Virus record (IMG/VR): IMGVR_UViG_3300046820_001584
Span: 21,741 to 85,740 of that record
Direction: 5' to 3' (one strand)
DNA length: 64,000 bases
Origin: a virus
Shown here: one piece after another, positions 55,752-63,785 of the stretch
Position numbering within the stretch: the stretch's first letter is position 1
How the letters are laid out: the number at the start of each line of letters is the position of its first letter
Notes under the pieces: generated by a model
Told to the model about the DNA's origin: nothing
The model's input: the letters and a program-made list of their open reading frames with translations, nothing else
Database searches by the model: none
Made by a program: the position numbers and the translations under genes

Positions 55752-56304
55752 GGCTAACTCTAATCTACAAGAAATACATAAAGGGATATACCTATACAAA
55801 GGATTCCTTACAAAAAAAGAATGCTATTACTTTGTAAAACAGCTGTCTTCATTTAAGGAAGAAAGTTGGTATAAGCATGAAAATACAATCCCAGGAGATA
55901 TATCTGGGGACTATATGGATGGTAAGTTAAGCATAGACATTATTGATCAAGAATTTCACGACAAGATAATAAATATGTTTGCCCCAGAGTTTTGGATTTT
56001 TTCACATAGCAATTTTTTAAAAATGGAAACTGGAGAGTCTTCAGACATACAGCATTCGCTTTCACAGAAAATGGAATTATTTAAAGATATCATACCCTAC
56101 AAAATAGCCGTATATGTAAGTGACTTCGGCGGCGGAGAGATAGTATTTCCAAATATAGGATTTGAGTATAAGCCAGAGCCTGGCGATCTTTTAGTATTTA
56201 TGGCTGGAATAGAGTATGAGCATTATACTAAGTTAGTTACATCTGGTACTAGATACGCATATATGGACTATTTGATTAAACATCCACAATATTTTATGCC
56301 TTAA
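55735..56304 (+). CDS. 2OG-Fe(II) oxygenase-like protein (HxD not evident)
   Basis: DFGGGEIVFP, H....VTSGTRY; no clear HxD. Confidence 0.7.
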   Translation: MPKPFEANSNLQEIHKGIYLYKGFLTKKECYYFVKQLSSFKEESWYKHENTIPGDISGDYMDGKLSIDIIDQEFHDKIINMFAPEFWIFSHSNFLKMETGESSDIQHSLSQKMELFKDIIPYKIAVYVSDFGGGEIVFPNIGFEYKPEPGDLLVFMAGIEYEHYTKLVTSGTRYAYMDYLIKHPQYFMP

Positions 56305-56359
56305 AGTGCGAAAAAAGTGCGTCGGCGAGAAAGAACACATTTAGTCAACTGGAATATAT

Positions 56360-56375
56360 TGTTCCACGTGAAACA
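56360..56375. promoter_or_regulatory. parS: parS-type ParB binding site
   Basis: TGTTCCACGTGAAACA, intergenic, fits the TGTTNCACGTGAAACA consensus. Confidence 0.7.
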
Positions 56376-56800
56376 TATTATCTGATCTGCATCAACTTCT
56401 TAATATACCCCACAGAAAGCCTGTAGAGGCTCTCTAAGCCTTTACTAGGCTATTTGCCTATACCAGGGCGGGAGAGGGCCAAAAAGTCCCTTTACGGTAA
56501 TATACTAGAGTTTCCCAGTAGCAAGTAAGACGAGATATAGACTCATAAGTAACAAGGAGAATCTAATCAGGTATCTATATGCTTTCCATTTCTTATAGGT
56601 CATCTTCGTCCTCTATGTCAAAGATATCTTTTATCCCCGCCATTTTTTTAGCTTCGTATAAAAAGATTATTACTGGAGACATAATAGATACGATTAGTAA
56701 AACAAAACCAAGGTATTTTTTTCTGAACAATTTCATATTTCTATTATACTATACATAATATCCTAGTTGACTAGTAATTTTTCTACAGTATAATAGTAAT

Positions 56801-57448
56801 ATGAACTATACAATTGAGCCTTGGAAAGACAAAGTACTAGATGCAGAGTTTCTTGAAGTTTTAAATGAAATTATATCTTTAAATCTCAAGCTAGCTGCAA
56901 CACCAGAAGAATATCTTAAGCAATGGGATCCTTTTGAAAGATACTACATCTTATGGAATGCATTAAAGCAAATTTCTGTAGATGGAGACTTTGTGCAATG
57001 TGGTGTCTATAAAGGCGAAGAAGCTTTTTATATGGCCAAAGAATGCAAGACACATCTGCACCTATTTGACTCATTTGAAGGAGCAAAAGATCTTGGAGAT
57101 CTTGATAACAAGTACTACGAAGAGAATCCTTATAAGTGTTCTGTAGAAGAAGCAAGATCCGTACTCGCTCAATTTGATAATTTAACTATTAATGTTGGTT
57201 CCGTACCCGCCAATTTTGAAACAGTACAGTCAATTGCATTTTTGCATGTTGATGTTAATCTTTATGCTCCGACCAAAATAACTTTAACTGAGCTATGGCC
57301 TAAAGTTGTATCTGGTGGTATGGTTATGGTTGATCTTCATGACTCCTATTCTTCAGGAGCAGAAATTGCAGTTAATGAATTTTTTGAATCACTAGGGATA
57401 GAACTTCAAAAGCTTCCTACTGGTATTGTAGTAGCTTACAAGCCTTGA
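56801..57448 (+). CDS. TylF/MycF-family O-methyltransferase
   Basis: GDFVQCGVYKG, LFDSFEG, IAFLHVDVNLY, LWPKVVSGG; leaderless promoter. Confidence 0.8.
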   Translation: MNYTIEPWKDKVLDAEFLEVLNEIISLNLKLAATPEEYLKQWDPFERYYILWNALKQISVDGDFVQCGVYKGEEAFYMAKECKTHLHLFDSFEGAKDLGDLDNKYYEENPYKCSVEEARSVLAQFDNLTINVGSVPANFETVQSIAFLHVDVNLYAPTKITLTELWPKVVSGGMVMVDLHDSYSSGAEIAVNEFFESLGIELQKLPTGIVVAYKP

Positions 57449-57449
57449 T

Positions 57450-58145
57450 TTACGAGTAGAGACCTTCTTCTACGTAAGACTCCATAAATTTCTTTAGTCT
57501 TTTGTTGTCTGATGGACCATGAGCTATAGTGTAATGAAATCTAGAATCTTCTAGGTTGAATGGCTTATCTGGCCATGAAATCAAATTGTAAATCTCTGGA
57601 GTTAGATAATAGTTATCGTTTACTTGTGCAGCATGCGTATATCTATGTCCAGATATAACTTTTTTAACAGCATGTACACTTTGTATGTCATGCATTACTA
57701 AGTCACCAGCATTTGGTTTGTAACAAAAATCAAATTCTGGATAACATATTTCTCCGCCCTCATAATCATCATTGAAGTATAGTATAAAACCAAATCTAGG
57801 TTGACGAATAGCCCTCTGCTCTAATTCTAAATTTTTATCTACTTCATTGTCGTGTATAATATTTGCGTAATTAAGTATATCAACATGAGGAGTAAACCCC
57901 ATTGTTTTGTGTCTTACAACAATGTGATCAAAGTCAAGTAATTCTGCTTCTGGCATGTGTAAGGATTCTAATAATCTATTTTTGTATTGAGAAAAACTTT
58001 TTAGGTCATGGATATGATAATTCTCTTCCCACTGGTGAGAATCTATTTCTTTCATTACAGGAATAATTTCTTCCGCAGATAAAAAATTTTCCCAAACGTA
58101 TACGCCTGGACATAATTCTTTATAGTTATCATTAAGATATTTCAT
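57450..58145 (-). CDS. 2OG-Fe(II) oxygenase
   Basis: HVD, YFNDDYEGGEI, HAVKKVISGHRY. Confidence 0.85.
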   Translation of the reverse strand: MKYLNDNYKELCPGVYVWENFLSAEEIIPVMKEIDSHQWEENYHIHDLKSFSQYKNRLLESLHMPEAELLDFDHIVVRHKTMGFTPHVDILNYANIIHDNEVDKNLELEQRAIRQPRFGFILYFNDDYEGGEICYPEFDFCYKPNAGDLVMHDIQSVHAVKKVISGHRYTHAAQVNDNYYLTPEIYNLISWPDKPFNLEDSRFHYTIAHGPSDNKRLKKFMESYVEEGLYS

Positions 58146-58163
58146 ATTAATATTATACCATTG

Positions 58164-58238
58164 TAGGGATACTGGGATTTGAACCCAGACTCTATTGTAT
58201 ATAAGACAAGTGCTTTAACCAGATTAAGCTATATCCCC
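58164..58238 (-). tRNA. tRNA-Ile (anticodon UAU)
   Basis: GGGGATA/TATCCCT acceptor, D arm GCTT..AAGC, anticodon loop CT-TAT-AT, T arm CTGGG-TTCAAAT-CCCAG; 3' ACAA, no encoded CCA. Confidence 0.85.
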
Positions 58239-58326
58239 TAGTTTATATTGAATTGCAGAATTATTCCGCATATATAAACTAATATAGCTATTACACCGAT
58301 CCAAATTATTGTTTTCATTAGTTCTA

Positions 58327-58896
58327 TTACCAAGCAAACACAAAAGAAGCTCTAGGCTCAGACACGACTACTTGATGAACTACTCCAGTAGGACAAAAAA
58401 TTGCATCTCCTGGGTTTAAGACTATAGACTCATATTCTGCTTCAGATTTAGTTTTGTGAAAATCAGATTCTGAGATATTTTTGTAAATTCTCCACTCAAC
58501 CTGACCTTCGCAGTGCCAAAGAAATACATTGTGGTTATCTGGATGAATGTAGTATCCGTTTGCTTCGTTTCCAATCAGATTAGATATAACCTTTGGACCA
58601 CTATTAAGCAAGCTGTAGCCAAATAGTTCTGTGAGTTTATCCTCATTTTGCAAAAACTTTTTATAGATGCCAATATCTTTAAAGTCTAGCGCTCCCACAA
58701 TAACTGGATCTAGTCTGTTGTATGTTAGCATAGTTCCAGAAATACTTCTTGGGTCATCAGAAAATATTTGCTTTGTGCTACTGGAAGCTCTATGCATTAA
58801 CTCAATAACATCATACCATGTTGGAGATTCTGTAAAATATGATCTAAATACTGCAACCTGGTTTAGATCTATAGCTTCTTGAATTTTCTCGTGCAT
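58327..58896 (-). CDS. JmjC/cupin-like oxygenase
   Basis: HPDNHNVFLW...G...WRIY, LNPGDAIFCP.GVVH, R.S. Confidence 0.8.
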   Translation of the reverse strand: MHEKIQEAIDLNQVAVFRSYFTESPTWYDVIELMHRASSSTKQIFSDDPRSISGTMLTYNRLDPVIVGALDFKDIGIYKKFLQNEDKLTELFGYSLLNSGPKVISNLIGNEANGYYIHPDNHNVFLWHCEGQVEWRIYKNISESDFHKTKSEAEYESIVLNPGDAIFCPTGVVHQVVVSEPRASFVFAW

Positions 58897-59281
58897 TTAC
58901 TTTACCCCGCCCCTTATTAACTTTTCGATGCAATGAGTACAAAAGTTTTCAAGTACGCCTTTAGAATTAATACGCTCTACATATTTTGGATTTTCGCAAA
59001 AGTCACATTTCATATTATAAGTATATCATATTCCAGTCAACTAGTATTTGAGATCTTACAAAATGTTAATAAATTTTTAATATGTATGATACACGTATTT
59101 AAAATGTCCGTTTTGTTTATATAGTCCGCACATACCCCAGCGACCTTGAGCGTGAGTGTGATGCGACTCACAAAGATTTATTTTGATACTAGCGAGTAAC
59201 CCACCCTATTTGTCAGTCCCCCCTGCTAGACTAAAGATATAAAGAAAGCAAGAAACACTTGCTAGAAAGGAGTCTAGTAAT

Positions 59282-59437
59282 ATGACTCAACTAACTGAAC
59301 AACTATTCAGCACTATCGTGCACGAATATCATAATGGTGGCGTGTCCTCATCTTATGGACTAGACACATACACACGCAAGCAAGTGCTTGCCTACCTTAT
59401 CCGCTCTAAGGGTTGTGAGTGTATCAACTGTCTGTGA
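59282..59437 (+). CDS. small early protein
   Basis: 51 aa MTQLTEQLF...GCECINCL; AAAGGAG RBS. Confidence 0.6.
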   Translation: MTQLTEQLFSTIVHEYHNGGVSSSYGLDTYTRKQVLAYLIRSKGCECINCL

Positions 59438-59532
59438 GGTAACTCACACGACACACCCCCTCTATATCCCTAAAATGTCAGCCACATAGGCTATAATTCC
59501 TACTATAACCACTAAAGAAAGAAGAACAGATA

Positions 59533-59706
59533 ATGACTATCACTTACTCAATTTGGCAAGGCTCTCGCCTACTATCTATTGACAATGTAGCACACGAGAT
59601 GAAGGCTATTGACCACCTAATCGCATCTCTCAACGCTAGCGACCTAGCAAAGAAAGTAAAGTTTTCCGCTAATGTAATGACTATCAAGACAGGAGATAAT
59701 AACTAA
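59533..59706 (+). CDS. small early protein
   Basis: 57 aa MTITYSIWQGSRLLSID...; first gene after the 59476 promoter. Confidence 0.6.
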   Translation: MTITYSIWQGSRLLSIDNVAHEMKAIDHLIASLNASDLAKKVKFSANVMTIKTGDNN

Positions 59707-59873
59707 TGATGACTAAATGGGATACTATCCAAGCCGATGTAAGCGATGCCTATGTCTATCTAGATGAAGAAGAAGCCTATAATAAGGCACTAGCAGAGGG
59801 CGTAGATTTTGGCGCTGATGATTATGATGATGATGAATTACACAAATCACTAACGCTAAATTGGGAGGACTAA
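59706..59873 (+). CDS. small very acidic early protein
   Basis: 55 aa with 17 D/E; TAATG coupling. Confidence 0.6.
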   Translation: MMTKWDTIQADVSDAYVYLDEEEAYNKALAEGVDFGADDYDDDELHKSLTLNWED

Positions 59874-60025
59874 TGATTACTAGCGGACTTATCTTAGAAC
59901 TAAACGAATACGGCTTAGAGTTTGATAGTTTCTTAGGGGCTATCTATCTACCTTGGCACACTATTGTTATCACCGCCCTACTAGTAACCGCCTACAAGAT
60001 TTACAAGAGAAAGAAGAATAAATAA
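59873..60025 (+). CDS. small membrane protein
   Basis: 50 aa, hydrophobic segment then basic tail; GGAGG RBS. Confidence 0.55.
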   Translation: MITSGLILELNEYGLEFDSFLGAIYLPWHTIVITALLVTAYKIYKRKKNK

Positions 60026-60195
60026 TGAAAGAATGTAAAGTAATCAACTGTAATAACACCGATTTGGTTTATAGCGGTATAGATGCCCTTATGCTAGGCG
60101 GTATCCCTACCGAAACATATTGCTACTCTTGCGCTAATGCGTATAATCAAATAGATAGCGCTATAACACTACTAAGAGAAAAGGCTAACGCATAA
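60025..60195 (+). CDS. small Cys-containing protein
   Basis: 56 aa; CKVINC...CYSC; TAATG coupling. Confidence 0.55.
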   Translation: MKECKVINCNNTDLVYSGIDALMLGGIPTETYCYSCANAYNQIDSAITLLREKANA

Positions 60196-60299
60196 TGAAT
60201 AGACTACTAACTACACTAGTCCAAATAGGTATCGGTATTCCCGCCCTACTTATGCTCCGCCTAGTAATAAAAGACCTTAGAGAGAATGGATTAAATTAA

Positions 60300-60470
60300 A
60301 TGCTAAGCAAGAAACACTATATCGGTATCTCCGAAATTCTTTCATCTTATAAAGATTTAATCGGTGATGAATTTACTTATCACGATCTCGTTGAAGATTT
60401 TGCGGGATATTTTGCAGAGGATAATCTTTTATTCGATGCACAAAAATTTGTAGACGCTTGTAATAAATAA
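60300..60470 (+). CDS. small early protein, paralog of 61597-61791
   Basis: MLSKKHYIGISEIL...DFAGYFAEDN..FD..KF..AC. Confidence 0.6.
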   Translation: MLSKKHYIGISEILSSYKDLIGDEFTYHDLVEDFAGYFAEDNLLFDAQKFVDACNK

Positions 60471-60734
60471 AAATAAATAAACGGCGTGTCGGCTTGACAA
60501 TGTCAAGCTGATCCCCCACACATGCACGGGGTCGGGCGTGTCGTTATGAACTTGTTATAAAATCCCCTGAAAATTTACGGCGTGTCGATTTGACAGACAT
60601 ATCGGACATTTTTATGTGATTAGTATCACACGGCTTGAGCGTCTCAAAGTATGGAATTACTGGCTAGTAGGTAGATAAATGTCAGACCCCTGATGTATAA
60701 TGTCTACTATAACAACAACGAAAGAAGGTCAAAA

Positions 60735-60851
60735 ATGAACCTAGACGAATTCAAGGCGTATGTCAGCGCCACCCGTGAAGCAAGCAAGGCAGAAGCCTTG
60801 TCAGTGCTATCTGCTACAATTACCAAATCAACAACGAAAGAAGGCAAATAA
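60735..60851 (+). CDS. small early protein
   Basis: MNLDEFKAYVSATREASKAEALSVL; AACGAAAGAAGG leader. Confidence 0.55.
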   Translation: MNLDEFKAYVSATREASKAEALSVLSATITKSTTKEGK

Positions 60852-61051
60852 TGTCAGCAAATGTCTATACTGTAGAAAGTCTCCTAGTGGGAAAAATGTA
60901 TTACTCAAATTCTGTAAAGGGAGAAATTATCTCCGCAGAAAAAAATGATGATGTCTGGTATTCCGATTCAGACACTTACAAGGTGCAGGTGCGCCCTCTA
61001 AATTCTTTCAAGGATACTTATCGCTATGTAGCGGTGAAGGTTGGTGAATAA
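60851..61051 (+). CDS. small early protein
   Basis: 66-aa ORF with TAATG coupling. Confidence 0.6.
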   Translation: MSANVYTVESLLVGKMYYSNSVKGEIISAEKNDDVWYSDSDTYKVQVRPLNSFKDTYRYVAVKVGE

Positions 61052-61215
61052 TGCTGAACATAATTGATAAAACCGATTTCTATGAAATCGCAGATGAAAT
61101 GATTTTCTGTTGTGATGAAAGTCAGTTTAAGTATTACTGTATCGAGCACTTAGAATTTATGGGTTGCTACTTTTGCGAATTTGATTACTCTAAAGATTGC
61201 GAGGAACAACACTAA
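61051..61215 (+). CDS. small acidic Cys-rich protein
   Basis: 54 aa; CC...C..H...CYFC...C. Confidence 0.55.
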   Translation: MLNIIDKTDFYEIADEMIFCCDESQFKYYCIEHLEFMGCYFCEFDYSKDCEEQH

Positions 61216-61337
61216 TGGGATACATAGAAATTTTCCGAATTGATGATGAGGGTGCGGGTTGGGTAGATTTATCCGAAGCCACCCCCGATGAATTGCTAAA
61301 CCTTGAAATAGGTTTATTTCAAGAGGGCGCTCTCTGA
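61215..61337 (+). CDS. small acidic protein
   Basis: MGYIEIFRIDDEGAGWVDLSEATPDELLNLEIGLFQEGAL. Confidence 0.55.
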   Translation: MGYIEIFRIDDEGAGWVDLSEATPDELLNLEIGLFQEGAL

Positions 61338-61393
61338 TTTGTCAGACCCCTCTGCTACAATACTCTAAATAACCAAACGAAAGGGAAAACCTA

Positions 61394-61600
61394 ATGTATC
61401 AAATCTCTGTTTCATACGATAGCAAGCCTATCCATTTTAATAAGAACTATGCAGACGCACTAGAGGCGTTCACCGAATTTAATAAATTCACCGATTGGGG
61501 TTGGGCTAATGAATACTCAACTGTTAATCTGCAAATGCCAACAGGCAAAATGTATACACGCATTTTTTATCGTGAAGGTCGAAAGGTCGTAACAAAATGA
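61394..61600 (+). CDS. small early protein
   Basis: 68 aa; DWGWANEYSTVNL; first gene after the 61340 promoter. Confidence 0.65.
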   Translation: MYQISVSYDSKPIHFNKNYADALEAFTEFNKFTDWGWANEYSTVNLQMPTGKMYTRIFYREGRKVVTK

Positions 61601-61791
61601 TGACTCGTAAAGATTATGTCGCAACGGCAGAAATTCTAAAGTATGCAAGCAATAAAACGCACCCAGCGTTATTTTCTAAAATCGTAAATGATTTTGCGGA
61701 AATGTTTGCAAAAGATAATCCTCGATTTGATGTCGTGAGATTTCATGAAGCCAGCAACTACACAACAGTTTTCGGAAAGGTTGAAAAATGA
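61597..61791 (+). CDS. small early protein
   Basis: MMTRKDYVATAEIL...DFAEMFAKDNPRFD. Confidence 0.65.
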   Translation: MMTRKDYVATAEILKYASNKTHPALFSKIVNDFAEMFAKDNPRFDVVRFHEASNYTTVFGKVEK

Positions 61792-61920
61792 TTCTTCAAA
61801 TGTCTGCAATTTATTGCGAGGATTGTAATGATTCTGCTTTTATTATTGAACATGAGGACATGATAGAAATTTCTGCGTGTAACTGTTCACAAGATTTACA
61901 AGAAATAGCGGAGTGGATAA

Positions 61921-62040
61921 ATGAACCTTAAAGAAAAAATAAAACGCATTCAGGAATTGCGGAGATCAAATGCCGCAACTCCTGTTCGCAATAAGAAAAA
62001 ATATTCACGCAAGCGCAAGCATAAAAATTCAGAGTATTGA
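61921..62040 (+). CDS. small very basic protein
   Basis: IQELRRSNAATPVRNKKKYSRKRKHK. Confidence 0.5.
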   Translation: MNLKEKIKRIQELRRSNAATPVRNKKKYSRKRKHKNSEY

Positions 62041-62295
62041 ATATTTATGCGACCCGCACATAGCTGCGGGGTCGGGCGTGTCGTTAAGGGTGTGATCAAA
62101 AACACCCTGGAATTTTTGGGCGTGTTGCGTAAAATGTCAGTGGGCCATGGTATTATTCTCTTAAATCAAACGAAAGGCTCATCCCATGGATTTTTATGAT
62201 GACTACTATGAAACAGATATGATACGCCCCGACGCTAAATCATGCTATTGTAAATTGCATTCTATTTGCACTAATTGCAAGGAGAGTTATAACTA

Positions 62296-63018
62296 ATGAC
62301 TAAACTAAAACGTTCTAATGATAGAAAGGTGGCTAACCTTGTCACAAAAAATGGAAAGCAAGCCGCAATTGCCAATACATTCGGATTACCTGCAGGAAAA
62401 GACTATTCATGTCCTGGCGCTACGAGTATCTGCGAAAGTGTTTGCTACGCTGGCAAATTGGAAAAGTTATTCCCTGGAGTAAAAACTAATCTGCTACACA
62501 ATTGGGAATTGCTACGCAATGCCGATATGGATACAATGCTTATTCTATTAGATGAGATGATTGTAGAATTTATTGCAGATTGTGAAAAGAAAGACGCTCC
62601 TAAGTTATTCCGTATCCACTGGGACGGAGATTTCTTCAATGATACTTATACCTATGCCTGGAAAGTAATTATTGAAAATCATCCCGATATTCAATTCTGG
62701 GTATATACACGAGTAAAGTCTGCGGCCCTTATTCTTAAGGATGTCTCTAACCTATCTCTATATTATTCTACCGATGACGAGAATAAAGAAATAGCATTCG
62801 ATTTGAAAACTAATTCTAAAGTCCGCCTTGCTTATCTAGGAAAGACATTCGCCGCAACAGAAGACACAATGAAAGAATTGACTGGTAAGCCTGGCGCTAA
62901 GTGCCCTGAGAATATGAAATCAATTCCACTTATTAGCAATGCAGGGTCCGCTTGTGTTTCATGTGGCTTGTGTGTTTATGGTAAAGCGGATATTAGATTT
63001 TCTGCGAGTAAAAAATAA
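62296..63018 (+). CDS. GP88-like, radical-SAM-related Fe-S protein
   Basis: SCPGATSICESVCYA (CX6CX3C), FRIHWDGDF, FWVYTR, C-terminal CP...CVSCGLC. Confidence 0.7.
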   Translation: MTKLKRSNDRKVANLVTKNGKQAAIANTFGLPAGKDYSCPGATSICESVCYAGKLEKLFPGVKTNLLHNWELLRNADMDTMLILLDEMIVEFIADCEKKDAPKLFRIHWDGDFFNDTYTYAWKVIIENHPDIQFWVYTRVKSAALILKDVSNLSLYYSTDDENKEIAFDLKTNSKVRLAYLGKTFAATEDTMKELTGKPGAKCPENMKSIPLISNAGSACVSCGLCVYGKADIRFSASKK

Positions 63019-63161
63019 TGTATGATGTAATTGGTGTAATTGGAGGGGCCATAGCTATAGTACTTTCGCTATTACCTTTTGTTCTTGCATACTATATTTT
63101 TTCTAAGATGTAGCGGCGTGTCGACTTGACAAAGATCAGGTCGGCCCGTATATATGGGGGG

Positions 63162-63192
63162 TTATCCACAGTGTTAAGTGGACTTATCCACA
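63162..63192 (+). promoter_or_regulatory. two DnaA boxes
   Basis: TTATCCACA at 63162-63170 and 63184-63192, intergenic. Confidence 0.65.
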
Positions 63193-63303
63193 ACCCCTGG
63201 AATTTGTGAGTATTATCACAAAAGCTGCGACACGCCCATAATGGATTAGGTAATGTCAGTGCCCAATGCTATAATACTCTTATCCAACAACGAAAGGCTA
63301 CAA

Positions 63304-63510
63304 ATGACACAAGTAGAACACTCACTCAAATTCGTAACTGAGTTTGACGAAACACATCCAATCGCACAACGATTTTTACAATTAGAGTCAGAGGCTCAAA
63401 TTGCTATGCTAGAGTCAATGCTAAAAGATTTATTAGTATCTGCTATTCAACCAGTAATTGACCAAATAAATGAAAATGGCTCTTACGCAATTCTAAAGGT
63501 GGCTAACTAA
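63304..63510 (+). CDS. small early protein
   Basis: Likely start MTQVEHSLKFV after AACGAAAGG. Confidence 0.6.
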   Translation: MTQVEHSLKFVTEFDETHPIAQRFLQLESEAQIAMLESMLKDLLVSAIQPVIDQINENGSYAILKVAN

Positions 63511-63785
63511 TGGGAAGTAATCTAGCATACGATTTAGCAAGCGATGAACTAGGACTAAACTTAGAGAGAGGATTAGCAATTCACTTGCAATCTAATCACT
63601 ACCCGCCCGTTCCCGTTGCTATGGTGCAACCCTGCATAGATGCTATTGACGCATACTATGAGGAAGATTTTGATCGTGAGATTAATTTACCTGAAGGTAT
63701 CTCTTGGCGAGGTCAGACTTCCTGCCCTGCGTCTGCCATAGTAGATGCTCACCACTTAGATGCGTGGCTTCCTGAAAGTGATTAG
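63510..63785 (+). CDS. hypothetical protein
   Basis: HLQSNHYPPVP...AIVDAHHLDAWL; 91 aa. Confidence 0.65.
   Translation: MGSNLAYDLASDELGLNLERGLAIHLQSNHYPPVPVAMVQPCIDAIDAYYEEDFDREINLPEGISWRGQTSCPASAIVDAHHLDAWLPESD

Noticed and set aside
56341-59045. AGTCAACT/AGTTGACT motif near 56343, 56765 and 59035
   Set aside because: Few copies and at least one is explained as a -35 element; not enough to call a separate operator
60760-60948. 62-aa ORF from the track, and the extended start at 63253
   Set aside because: Conflict with coupled, RBS-supported ORFs (60735, 60851, 63304); the 63253 start lies in the promoter motif
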